64,000 bases of DNA, taken from positions 640,001 to 704,000 of the forward strand of contig CAWAUV010000007.1 of assembly GCA_963785305.1 (NCBI GenBank). Direction: 5' to 3'. Below the pieces are notes generated by a model. The model had not been told where the DNA came from. It ran no database searches and worked only from the letters and a program-made list of their open reading frames with translations. Source of the stretch: an uncultured Planctomycetaceae bacterium. Lineage in GTDB: Bacteria > Planctomycetota > Planctomycetia > Pirellulales > PALSA-1355. A program made the position numbers and the translations under genes. Positions 31,008 to 41,800 of the stretch are shown piece by piece (position 1 is the stretch's first letter; each line of letters begins with the position of its first letter).

Positions 31008-31598
31008 ATGAGCCGTTTTGCTCGCGGTTGTTTAGGCGCCACGCTTGCCATCTCGCTCGCGACGACCGGTTGCATGTCGCCCTATCGCTCGGATCAGGGC
31101 GCGCTCGTGGGCGGCGTGGGCGGCGCCGGGCTCGGAGCGCTCGTCGGCGAAGCCGTCCATCATCCGCTGGCCGGCGCCGCGATCGGCACCGGAGTCGGCG
31201 CGCTCTCGGGCGCCGCCGTGGGCGGAAGTCTCGATCAGATCGAAGCTCGTAACCGCGCCGAGATCGCCGCCCGGCTCGGACGCCCCGCCCCTGGCGCCGT
31301 CACGGTGCAAGATGTGATTGCAATGACCCGGGCCGGGGTGCCCGAAAGCAGCATCCTCACCCATATCCAAGTCAACGGAGTGGCGGCGCCCTTGCAGGCG
31401 GGCGATTTGATCGTGCTCCAGCAGCAGGGCATCAGTCCCAATGTGGTGCAGGCGATGCAAACTCGCGGCGCCGCGTCGCCGATCGCCGGGCCGCCCCTGT
31501 ATCAGCCCGCGCCGGTCTACATGGCGCCCTATGCGCCGGTTTACGCTCCACCGCCGCCCTACGGCTTTTACTACGGCGGCTGGGGCCGACGCTGGTAA
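31008..31598 (+). CDS. Glycine-zipper lipoprotein
   Basis: Lipobox TTGC; GALVGGVGGAGLGALVG; DVIAMTRAGV; Pro/Tyr tail. Confidence 0.85.
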   Translation: MSRFARGCLGATLAISLATTGCMSPYRSDQGALVGGVGGAGLGALVGEAVHHPLAGAAIGTGVGALSGAAVGGSLDQIEARNRAEIAARLGRPAPGAVTVQDVIAMTRAGVPESSILTHIQVNGVAAPLQAGDLIVLQQQGISPNVVQAMQTRGAASPIAGPPLYQPAPVYMAPYAPVYAPPPPYGFYYGGWGRRW

Positions 31599-31694
31599 GC
31601 TCGCATTCGCGACCAAGGCCGCTTACGATGGACGGAGTCGCCGCGCGATCGCCGCGAGGCGCCTCCCGTTTCTCTCCCCAGCGAGCCGAGTTCC

Positions 31695-34600
31695 ATGCTC
31701 TTGCGTTGCTTTTCGCGGCTGCGTGTCGTGATTCTCGCGCGGCGTTCATGCTTCCCAAGTCTTGGCCGACTGTTGACCTCGCTGGCCATCGGTGGTTTCT
31801 TGGCGGACGTGTCCGACGCGGCTGAGGAAGAGTTGGGCCTGCGCGCCCCGCCGGGCTTCGCCGTCACGCTGCTCGCCGACGACGCCATGGCTCACGATAT
31901 CTATTCCATGACCATCGATTCACGTGGCGAAGTGGTCGTCTCGGGCCCCGGCTATGTGAAGACCTTGCACGATCGCGATGGCGACGGCCGAGCGGAAAGC
32001 GCCACGCTGTTTTCGTCGCTCCCGGCCGCCGGTGCGCATGGACTGCTCTTCGATGGCGACGATCTGATTTGCACCGGCGACAACAAGGTGATGCGGCTCC
32101 GCGATCGCGACCACGATGGCCGCGCCGATGGCGAGCCGGAAGCGTGGGCCGAACTGAAGAATTCGGAACACGGCGCCAACGGAATGGTGAAAGGGCCCGA
32201 CGGATGCGTTTATCTTGTGTGTGGCAATGACGCCGGCGTGTCGCCCAAACTGATCCACGAACCCGCGTCGCCGATCGCGAAGCCAAATTGCGGGGCGATT
32301 GTGCGATTCTCTCCCGAGGGCCGGCCGCTCGATGTGTTCGCCGATGGCTTTCGCAATCCCTATGATCTCGATTTCGGCCCGAGCGGCGCGCTGTTCACGG
32401 TCGACTCGGACAACGAGCGCGACCATTTGCTGCCTTGGTACGCGCCGACGCGGCTATTCGATGTGGCCCAGGGGCGCGGGCATGGCTGGTTGTTTGGGGG
32501 CATCGATCGCACTTGGAACCGGCCGGCGTCGTATTTCGACAATGTGGACCGGGTCGCGGAGCTTGGCCGCGGCTCGCCCACCGGCTTGGTCGTGTATCGG
32601 CATCGGCAGTTTCCCGAGCATTATCGCGGCGCGGTGCTGAGCGCGTGTTGGACTCTGGGTCGCGTGTATTGCTTGCCGCTGGAATCGAAGGGCGCGACGT
32701 TTGCCAGCCGGCCGGAGATTTTCGTCGAGACGACCGGTAGCGTCGGTTTCGCGCCATGTGATTTGGCCGTGGGCCCGGCGGGAGATTTGTTTATCGCGGT
32801 CGGCGGGCGACGAACGCGCGGCGGCGTGTTTCGAGTGCGATACGAGGCCGAGTCCTATCTATCATGTGCGATCATGCCCGATCGGTCGGCGAGGCCGGCC
32901 GCGGAAGACAGTGGCCCCCATTCGCCCGCGGTCGATCTGGCGGCCGTGCTCGAGGCCGATCAGCCGCTGGCCACTTGGTCGCGTGCTCGCTGGGCGCCGC
33001 TGGCCAAGCGGTTGGGCCCGGCGGCGTTTCGCGAGGCGCTTCTCGGTCGGCAAAGCATGGCCGCGAAAACGCGAGCGATCGAAATTCTTGTCGAATGTTT
33101 CGAGGGCCTCCCGGTCGATCTGGCCGAAAAACTCGAAGGCGCCTCCTCGCCGCCCGAGCTGCTGGCCCGCGCGGTTGGCGCTCTCGCGCCGCGCGATCCA
33201 GGAGCGCCGAGCGCCGCTTTCTATCGCGGGCGACGCATCACCCGTCGCCGATCGTGGCTCGCGCCGCTTGGGAAGCATTGGCGAGCGCGGCGCCGCGAGC
33301 GACGGGCGACGCGCGCGACGCCGCCGATCAAGCCGCCGCGCCGGCCTGGAGCGCTGGCCTGGGCTCGACGGACCGCCGAGTGCGCTCCGCGGCAATGCTC
33401 GCGCTCGGCTCACGTGAACTCGCGAGTCGCCCAGCCTCGGGTGCTTCGACGGCGGGCGCTTCGACCTCGCGCGAGCGATTATCGCGATTCGAGCAGCCAT
33501 ATCTCGCGCGGATCGCTTCGCCCACATCTTGGGAAAACGGTTTTTGGAGCGATTATCCCGCGATCTTCGACGCCGCGGCGAGCGACGCCGAGAAGCTCGA
33601 CGTGGTTCGACTTCTGCACCTCGGCCTGGGCGATATGCCGCTCGATGGCGGCGGGCTGCCGGCGGTGTTTTTCGCCTATTCGGCGCCAGGCGTTCGAAAC
33701 GCGCCGGCCAAGACTCGCGAGAAAGTCGAGCACTGGCTGGCGGCGAAAATCACTTCGGCCGAATTCGACCATCCCGGCGAACACGCGGAACTGGATCGCG
33801 AGCTCGCTCGCTTGGCGGCGGTGCTCGAGCTCAATGACGCCGGCGTGCTCGATCGGGTGGCCAGCCGCTGGACCGAGACAAGCCTTCCGCAAGACGATGT
33901 GCATTACTTGATCGTCGCCGCGCGGCTCGCGGCCGCGCGCTCGCCCGACGCCACGGGCCGGGTCGCGCGGGCACTGCTCGCGCTCGATGGCAAATTCGCG
34001 GCGCGTTCCGAAGCGCCGGGCAACAATTGGGAAAAACGCGTGGGCGAGGCGTTCGAGACGCTCTGTCGCCGCGATCCGAAGTTGCCGGCGGCTTTGGTCG
34101 CGAACTCCGAATTTGGCGCGGCGGCGCATGCGATGTTCGTCGCGAGGCTGCCGCGGGGCGAGGCCCGCGAACAGGCCATCGAACGGATGCTCTCGATCGC
34201 CGCGCGGAGCGAAGATCGTCCCACGGTCGCGCTCATCAAGCTCGTGGGCGAACTGCCGAGTGAATCGGCGCGCGCTTGGCTTCGGGAAAACGCCGAGGAT
34301 CTCGGCCTCGCCGATCCGGTCGCCTTGGCGCTGGCCGAGCATCCGGCGGCCGACGACCGCGCGCGATTCGTCGCGGCCCTCGGTTCGGTTCAGCCGGCGG
34401 TGTGCGAAGCCGCCGCGCGGGCGCTCGCGCGATTGTCGGGCGCCGCCGCGCCGGCCGAATTCACGGCAACGCCGGCCGAATACGCCGCCGCGCTCGAATG
34501 CTTGCGCCGCGCCTCCGGCGATCCGAATCAAGCCGCGCTCGCCGAAGTGCTCGACCGCGTGCTCGCCGCGTGGGCACAAGACGCGACTCGGCTGCCCACG

Positions 34601-35198
34601 GCCGACCAAGAGCAACCGGCCGAGGGCCCGAAAAAGTTCGATGCCAAAGCGGCGCATGAACACTGGGCGACCTGGTTCGCGGCGCGATATCCCATGGAAG
34701 CCGCGCTCCTGGCCAAACGCGGGCCGCTGAACGCGGCGGCGTGGAGCGAGCGGCTGGCGAAAATCGATTGGGCCCGCGGCGATCTAGACCGCGGCAGGCT
34801 CGTTTTCGAAAAACGCTCCTGCAATCGGTGTCATCTCGGCGGCCGGACAATTAGGACCGGACCTCCGCGGCGCGGTGACGCGCATGACGCGCGATGATCT
34901 GTTCGGCGCCATTGTCGATCCGAATCGCGAAATCTCACCGACCTTCGCCAGCACGCTGTTCGTCACCGCCGGCGGACTGGCCTACAACGGCGTGGTGGCG
35001 TATGAATCGCCCGAGGGAATGCTGATTCAGACCGGGCCCGACACCACGGTGCGGATCGTCGACACGCGAGGGCTGGTCCGTGCGCCGAGCCGCACATCGT
35101 TGATGCCCGAGGGGCTGCTTAATGGGGCCAGCGACCAGGACCTGGCCGATCTTGCCGCGTTCTTGCAAACGCTCGCCAAGCCGGGCCCGCGGCGTTGA
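31695..35198 (+). CDS. PVC-type membrane-bound dehydrogenase / heme-binding CxxCH protein (frameshifts near 33215 and 34845)
   Basis: PPGFAVTL, DRDGDGRA, GFRNPYD and GRGSPTG beta-propeller; HEAT region; GRLVFEKRSCNRCH, GPDLRG, SLMPEGL. Confidence 0.88.
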
Positions 35199-35428
35199 CT
35201 CGGTCCGCGAGCCGGACGGCTCGCCGAATCGAGCCCCGCTTCGCCGGCGAACATCGTCTACCTGACAGCGCGATAATTAGCTCGCCCATCGCGCGGCGAT
35301 CGCGCGCCGGCGGCCAGCTTGCAAGGATGTAACCGAACTTCGCGCGACGCTTCTCCAGTCCTCGCGGTGTTGAATGAATCAGTGGATTCAATCACTTCAT
35401 GGTTCTGAAAAAACGGGAGGGCTCGATC

Positions 35429-35592
35429 ATGTTCAAGTCATTGTTGTTTGCCGCGGTGGCTCTGGCGTTCTTGGTTCCGGCCAGTTGGTGCAAGCGGCGC
35501 AGAAGAGTGGATTCGGTGGACGGCATCATCACGGCCATCAACACCACCAGCAACAGCTTCACCACCATCACCATCACCGCCACATGCGGTAA
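35429..35592 (+). CDS. Small secreted His-rich peptide (needs a 1-nt frame correction near 35485)
   Basis: GGGAGG RBS, signal peptide MFKSLLFAAVALAFLVPAS, then VQAAQKSGFGGRHHHGHQHHQQQLHHHHHHRHMR* in the adjacent frame. Confidence 0.6.
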
Positions 35593-35737
35593 ATCCTGGC
35601 GGCGCGAAGTCGGCTCGCGATGGACTGGCTCATGTCGCCATGCGGTTGCGTTGCGAGATGCGCCAGTCCCGGAGCCGATTGTTCGACGTCGGTCTAGCGC
35701 GATGTCACAGTTGAAATGACGGATTGGATTCGTTCTG

Positions 35738-35823
35738 GGCGCCATGCCCACGGCCCCGCGTGGGCATGAGGGCTTCGCGCGGCGCTTGAAAACATGCCCA
35801 CTCAAGGCAGTGGGCATGGCGCC
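35738..35823. repeat. REP-like palindrome doublet (inverted pair)
   Basis: GGCGCCATGCCCACGGCCCCGCGTGGGCATG and CATGCCCACTCAAGGCAGTGGGCATGGCGCC; each is a hairpin and they are mutually inverted; between convergent genes. Confidence 0.8.
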
Positions 35824-35866
35824 ACTCGCAAACCGAATTACCTATCCTTTTAGCCGTGACGGAGCG

Positions 35867-36537
35867 CTAGCGGCTCAGCTTTTGCTTGCTCGCTTCGAGC
35901 GTCTCGGTCACGTCTCCGACCACGGTGTTGCGCTGGCCGGTTTCCATGACGATTTGTTTTTCGACGCTGCCGCCCTCGATGGCGCCGGCGCCGATCACGG
36001 ACCACGACTTGAAATCGGTGCGAGCGAGCGTGGTTTCGGTGTTGATCACGGCGTGTTTGGTCTTGTTGTCGATCGCCAGAATCGCGAGCTTCGAAGTGCC
36101 GATGGCACGCGAACGATCGTAGAACGTCATCTTCGGAATCGACACGCCGGTTGTGATAAGCGGCACTTCATTGATGCCGACGAACAGATCGTTGCGGTCG
36201 GTTCCCACGGCGCCGCTCGAAATTTCGAGCGTCACATCGGCGTCGTCGGCCTTGGCCACGAGCGAGCAGCCGTTGGCCAAGAGCGCTGATGCAGCGCCAC
36301 CAGCACATAATTCTTATCCGTGCAATCGAGATACTTCTCCTCGATATACACCTTCGCGTTTTGGATCGGCTTGTAGTCCACCTTGTCGAGCGAGCGATCG
36401 ACCGCGGTCGAGATCAGCAGTTGCTCGACGCCGGTGCGAGCCGTGTCGGACTGCTTTTGAGTGGCGCAGCCGATCCCGAACGACGCCAGCAATGCCAGCG
36501 TGGCCAAGCGAGTGACGATTTTCATGGCGGTTTTCAT
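35867..36537 (-). CDS. Planctomycete lipoprotein (DUF6655-like; frameshift near 36285)
   Basis: Lipobox GIGC; SDTARTGVEQLLISTAVDRSL; EISSGAVGTD. Confidence 0.7.
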
Positions 36538-36919
36538 GACAGCAGTGCGGCAAAAGGAAACATGCGTCGGGACCGCGGTCCGCGGCGCTTGTCGGCGCGG
36601 GCGCGCATCTCCGTCCCGATGCCGGAGAATATCGGTTGAGCATGTTCCCACGGATGAGGAAAACCTTGCCGGCAACGCCGCCTTTGCCGATTGAGCGCGA
36701 TTCGGGAAACCCGGGGGGATTTGCCTTTTTGGAAAACAATTCAGGTTTTGCCGGTTGTGTGGCCGATGATTGAAACGCTGCTCTTCGGCGGGCGTGGCGT
36801 GATTATCGGGGCAATCGAGACTCGATCCGCGAAACAAACGACTTCAAGGCCCCGCCCAAGATTCCGTTTCAACGGGGCACGATCGAGACGAGCCAAGACT
36901 CGTGTAACAGGAAAGCACT

Positions 36920-38728
36920 ATGCTCAAGAGACTTTGCTGGGCCGCGATGGCGCTGACCGTGGTGGCTCCGGCGACAATGGCCTGGGCCTATGATGATGAC
37001 ACGTCGGGCAACGACTATTGGCGAGCCCGCGAGCCGCGGCGCCTCTCGCAGGCCGCCGCCGCCGACGATGACGGCGAGCAGCCGGTCGAGGACTGGCGCC
37101 CGCGGCAGGGGCAGGGCGCCAGCCGGCCCGCGCCGACGAGCGAAGGCAAGCGACCGCCCTCGGCGGGCGCCGCCTCGAAACGCCGGTCGACGAAGCCCAC
37201 GACGAACTCGCGGCCGGACCGCGATTTCGCCGAAAATGGCTCGACAAAGGCCCGGCAGGCGAGCATGCAAATGGACGAGCCGCCACCGCCTCCGCAAATG
37301 GAGCCCACGCCGGCAACCGGCGACTGGGAAAACGTCGTCCCCAATGGCCGGTCGAATGGCGTCCGCGGCGGCGGCGGCTCGGCCAACATGCCACAAGGCA
37401 ATTATAACTATTCCGGCCCCATGAACGGCAACCCGATGAACGGCGGGCCCATGAACGGTCCAACGAATGGCGGACCCATGACTGGCGGACCCATGTCTGG
37501 CGGACCCATGAACAGCCAAGGTCCGATCTACGATGCTCCCGGTCACGGCTACGACGACACGGCCTACGACGACAACGGCGGCTCGGGCTGCTGCGATGGT
37601 GGCGGATGCGGCAATTGGGCGTGCGGCGGATGCAGCGGCTGCTGCGGATTCGGCGGACGCGTCTACGCCAACGCCGAATATCTCTCCTGGTGGCTCAAGG
37701 GCGATAGCGTGCCCGCCTTGGTCACGACCAGCCCCTCGGGCACGGCCCGTAGCGCGGCCGGTGTGCTGGGTCAGCCGGGAACGAGCGTGCTCTTTGGCGA
37801 TCAGACACTCAACAATCAGCAGCGATCGGGCGCCCGCATCACGCTTGGCATGTGGCTTAACCAAACAACGCGCCTCGAAGGCGAATGGTTTGGCCTGGGT
37901 TCGCAAACGACCCAGTTCACCGGTTCGAGCGATGGCACGATGATCCTGGCCCGACCGTTCTTCAATCTTTCGCCCAGTGTGGCGGCTCAAGACTCGAACG
38001 TGATCGCGTATCCCGGTCAATTGCAGGGCACGGTCAATGTGAGCGATGTGAGCCGGTTCATGGGCGCGAGTCTGATGGCCTCGAAAACGATCTCGATGGT
38101 AGACTTCGGCCGCCTCCAGCGTCGAATCAGCGTGCTCTATGGTTTCCGGTATATGCGGCTGTACGATAGCCTGACGATGAACGACGCGATCAACTCGATC
38201 AATCCCAACGGCATCGTGCCGCAGGGCACGGTCTACACGTCGAGCGATTCGTTCACCACCTCGAATAACTTCTATGGTTTTAACATGGGCGCTTCGAGCG
38301 AGAACCATATCAATCGCTGGACGCTCATCACGACCGGTCGTTTGGCCATCGGTGGCACGCAACAAAATGTGAACATCAACGGTTCGAGCACCGCCGCGAT
38401 TCCCGGCGGAGCCGCCAGCGCCTATCCCGGCGGCTTGTTCGCCCAACCGACGAACATGGGCAGCTACAGCCACGATGCCTTCACGCTTCTGCCGCAGCTC
38501 GAGCTCAAGCTCGCCTACGACCTGACGCAGAACCTCAGCCTCACGGTCGGTTACGATCTGATCTACTGGAGCAATGTGGTGCGACCGGGCGGCCAGATCG
38601 ATACCCAGGTGAACACCACGCAAAGCTCCGGTGGCACGCTCACCGGCGTGCCGGGTCCGTTGTACAAGATGCAGCAAACCGATCTCTGGGTGCAAGGCGT
38701 GAGCGTCGGCGGCCAATGGCGGTTCTAA
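36920..38728 (+). CDS. BBP7-type outer-membrane beta-barrel with disordered, Cys-rich N-terminus
   Basis: Signal peptide; YANAEYLSWWLKG, LARPFFN, VGYDLIYWSNVVRPGGQID; C-terminal GVSVGGQWRF beta-signal. Confidence 0.87.
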   Translation: MLKRLCWAAMALTVVAPATMAWAYDDDTSGNDYWRAREPRRLSQAAAADDDGEQPVEDWRPRQGQGASRPAPTSEGKRPPSAGAASKRRSTKPTTNSRPDRDFAENGSTKARQASMQMDEPPPPPQMEPTPATGDWENVVPNGRSNGVRGGGGSANMPQGNYNYSGPMNGNPMNGGPMNGPTNGGPMTGGPMSGGPMNSQGPIYDAPGHGYDDTAYDDNGGSGCCDGGGCGNWACGGCSGCCGFGGRVYANAEYLSWWLKGDSVPALVTTSPSGTARSAAGVLGQPGTSVLFGDQTLNNQQRSGARITLGMWLNQTTRLEGEWFGLGSQTTQFTGSSDGTMILARPFFNLSPSVAAQDSNVIAYPGQLQGTVNVSDVSRFMGASLMASKTISMVDFGRLQRRISVLYGFRYMRLYDSLTMNDAINSINPNGIVPQGTVYTSSDSFTTSNNFYGFNMGASSENHINRWTLITTGRLAIGGTQQNVNINGSSTAAIPGGAASAYPGGLFAQPTNMGSYSHDAFTLLPQLELKLAYDLTQNLSLTVGYDLIYWSNVVRPGGQIDTQVNTTQSSGGTLTGVPGPLYKMQQTDLWVQGVSVGGQWRF

Positions 38729-38790
38729 GTCGCCGGCCGCGCATGCCGCATCCGCCGGAGCGAACCGGGCGCTTGTTCGCGTGGGAATAT

Positions 38791-38837
38791 AAAAAGGGCC
38801 TGCCGACGTTTTTCGCCGGCAGGCCCTTCTCGTTTTC
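38791..38837. terminator. Bidirectional intrinsic terminator
   Basis: AAAAAGGGCCTGCCG...CGGCAGGCCCTTCTCGTTTT, 12-bp stem between convergent genes. Confidence 0.8.
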
Positions 38838-38881
38838 GATCATCGATGCCCTGCTCCCCCCCCGTGGCGGAGCGAGCGTCA

Positions 38882-41800
38882 CTAGCTCTTGGTCGAGGTG
38901 ACGGTCGTTTGCGAGGTGTTGCCGGCGGCGTCGGTCGCGGTCACCGTGAACGTGATCGTGCCGTTGACCAGCCCGCTCACGTCGATACTGTTGATCGACC
39001 AGGTTCCGCCCGAGCCGACGCTCACCTTGTAGGGATTCGTCGAGTTGCCGGCCGTGTCGCTGGCGACCACGCTGATCGTGTCGTTGGCGTTCCCCGAGCC
39101 GTTGATCGTCACATTATTTTGGTTCGACGCGTTGATCGGGTTCGTCACGCCCGTGATCGTGGGCGTGGCCGGCGCCGCGGTGTCCTTGGTCGCCGTGGTC
39201 GAGGCGGTGCTCGAACCGCCGACATTGCTCACGGTGGCGTTGAACGTGATCGCGCCATCGGCGAGCGAAGTCACATCGATTCCCGTGATCGTCCATTGAC
39301 CATTGGAGCCGATCACCGTGTTGTAGGTAGTCGTGGTGTTCGTGCCATCGGTGGCGGTGAGCGTCACCGTGGCGTTGGCCGTGCCGGTTCCCGTCGCCGT
39401 GACACTCGCTTCGTTGCTCGCGCCGATCGGGTTCGTCACGTTGGTAAAGGCCACGTTCGGCACGGCCGCGTTGCTCTTGGTCGAGGTGAGCGTGGCGTTT
39501 TGGGTGCTGCCGTAGCTGTTCGTGGCCGTGGCGGTGAAGGTGATGTTGCCGGCGGCCAATGAGCTGAGATCCACGCCCGAGATCGACCATGTTCCACCCG
39601 CGGCGGTGGTTGTGTAGGCGCTGGTGGTCGTGGTTCCGTCGGTGGTCACCACCGAAATCGTGTCGCCCGAATCGGCGGCGCCGGCGACCGAGACATTCGT
39701 GTCATTGGTCGAGTTGATCGGGTCGGTCGCCGAGGTGATGCTCACATTCGGGGCCACGGTGTTCTTGGTCGCCGTGGTCGTGGCCGAACCGGTGTTCACT
39801 CCGTTCGAGGCGGTGGCTGTGAAGGTGATCGTGCCATCGTTGAGACCGCTGGTGTCGATGTTCGAGATCGACCATGTGGTCACTCCGGCGGCGAGCGTCG
39901 TGGTGTAGGGCGTGGTGGTGTTGGTTCCGTCGGAACCGGTCACGGTCACGGTCGTGCCGGCCGTGGCGGTTCCGCCGATGCTGACATTCACCAGATTCGT
40001 GTTGTTGATCGGATTCGTGACCGTCGTGATCGCCACGCTCGGCGCGGCGGTGCTCTTGGTCGAAGTGATCGTGGCGGTGGCGGTTTGGCCGTTGAGCGTG
40101 GCGGTGGCGGTGTAGGTGATCGTGCCATCGGCCAAGCCGCTCACGTCGATGCCCGAGATCGACCATGTGCCGCCCGCGCCGACCACCACCGTGTAGGGAT
40201 TCGTCGTGGTCGTGCCATCGGTGGCGGTCACGCTCACGCTCGAGCCCGGCGTGGCCGTGCCGCTGATCGTGGTGGTCGCGTCGTTTGCCGATGTGATCGG
40301 GTTGGTCACGGTCGTGATCGCGATTGTCGGAGCGCCGGTCGTATTCTTGGTCGCGGTCGCCGCGGCGGTGTTCGTGCTGCCGAAGCTGTTCGTGGCGGTG
40401 GCGGTGAAGGTGATCGTGCCATCGGCCAAGCTGCTCACGTTGATGCCGGTGATCGACCAAGCGCCAGCGGCGACGGTCGTCGTGTAGGCAGTCGTCTTGC
40501 CGGTTCCGGAATCCGTGGCCACGAGCGAGATCGTGTCGCCGGTTTGTCCGGCGCCGCTCGCCGTGACACTGGTGTCGTTCGTCGAAGTGATCGGGTTCGT
40601 GACCGAGGTGATCGACACGATCGGCGACACGGTGTTCTTCGTGGCCGTGATCGTGGCGCTCGACGACTGGCCGTTGAGCGTGGCGGTGGCGGTGTAGGTG
40701 ATCGTGCCATCGGCCAAGCCGCTCACGTCGATTCCCGAGATCGACCATGTGCCGCCCGCGCCGACGACCACCGTGTAGGGATTCGTCGTGGTCGTGCCAT
40801 CGGTGGCCGTGACACTCACCGTGGCGCCCACGGCGGCCGTGCCGCTGATGCTGGTCTGCGTGTCGTTGACATTGTTGATCGGGTTCGTGACCGTCGTGAT
40901 CGAGATCGCCACGGTGGTCGTATTCTTGGTCGCGGTCGCCGTGGCGGTGTTCGTGCTGCCGAAGCTGTTCGTGGCGGTGGCGGTGAAGGTGATCGTGCCA
41001 TCGGCCAAGCTGCTCACGTTGATGCCGGTGATCGACCAAGCGCCAGCGGCGACGGTCGTCGTGTAGGCAGTCGTCTTGCCGGTTCCGGAATCCGTGGCCA
41101 CGAGCGAGATCGTGTCGCCGGTTTGTCCGGCGCCGCTCGCCGTGACACTGGTGTCGTTCGTCGAAGTGATCGGGTTCGTGACCGAGGTGATCGACACGAT
41201 CGGCGACACGGTGTTCTTCGTGGCCGTGATCGTGGCGCTCGACGACTGGCCGTTGAGCGTGGCGGTGGCGGTGTAGGTGATCGTGCCATCGGCCAAGCCG
41301 CTCACGTCGATTCCCGAGATCGACCATGTGCCGCCCGCGCCGACGACCACCGTGTAGGGATTCGTCGTGGTCGTGCCATCGGTGGCCGTGACACTCACCG
41401 TCGAACCGGCCGTGGCCGTGCCGTTGATGCTCGTGGTCGTGTCGTTCGTGTTGTTGATCGGGTTCGTGACCGTCGTGATCGTCACCGCGGGCGCGGTGGT
41501 CGTATTCTTAGTCGCGGTAGCCGTCGCGGTGTTCGTGCTGCCGAAGCTGTTGGTGGCGGTGGCGGTGAAGGTGATCGCGCCATCGGCCAAGCTGCTCACG
41601 TTGATGCCGGTGATCGACCAAGCGCCAGCGGCGACGGTCGTCGTGTAGGCGGTCGTCTTGCCGGTTCCGGAATCCGTGGCCACGAGCGAGATCGTGTCGC
41701 CGGTTTGTCCGGCGCCGCTCGCCGTGACACTCGTGTCGTTCGTCGAGGTGATCGGGTTCGTGACCGAGGTGATCGACACGATCGGCGACACGGTGTTCTT

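Noticed and set aside
35307..35323. sigma54-like CCGGCGGCCAGCTTGCA upstream of the His-rich peptide
   Set aside because: Only GG-N10-GC and TTGC match; a weak -24 box is expected by chance in GC-rich DNA
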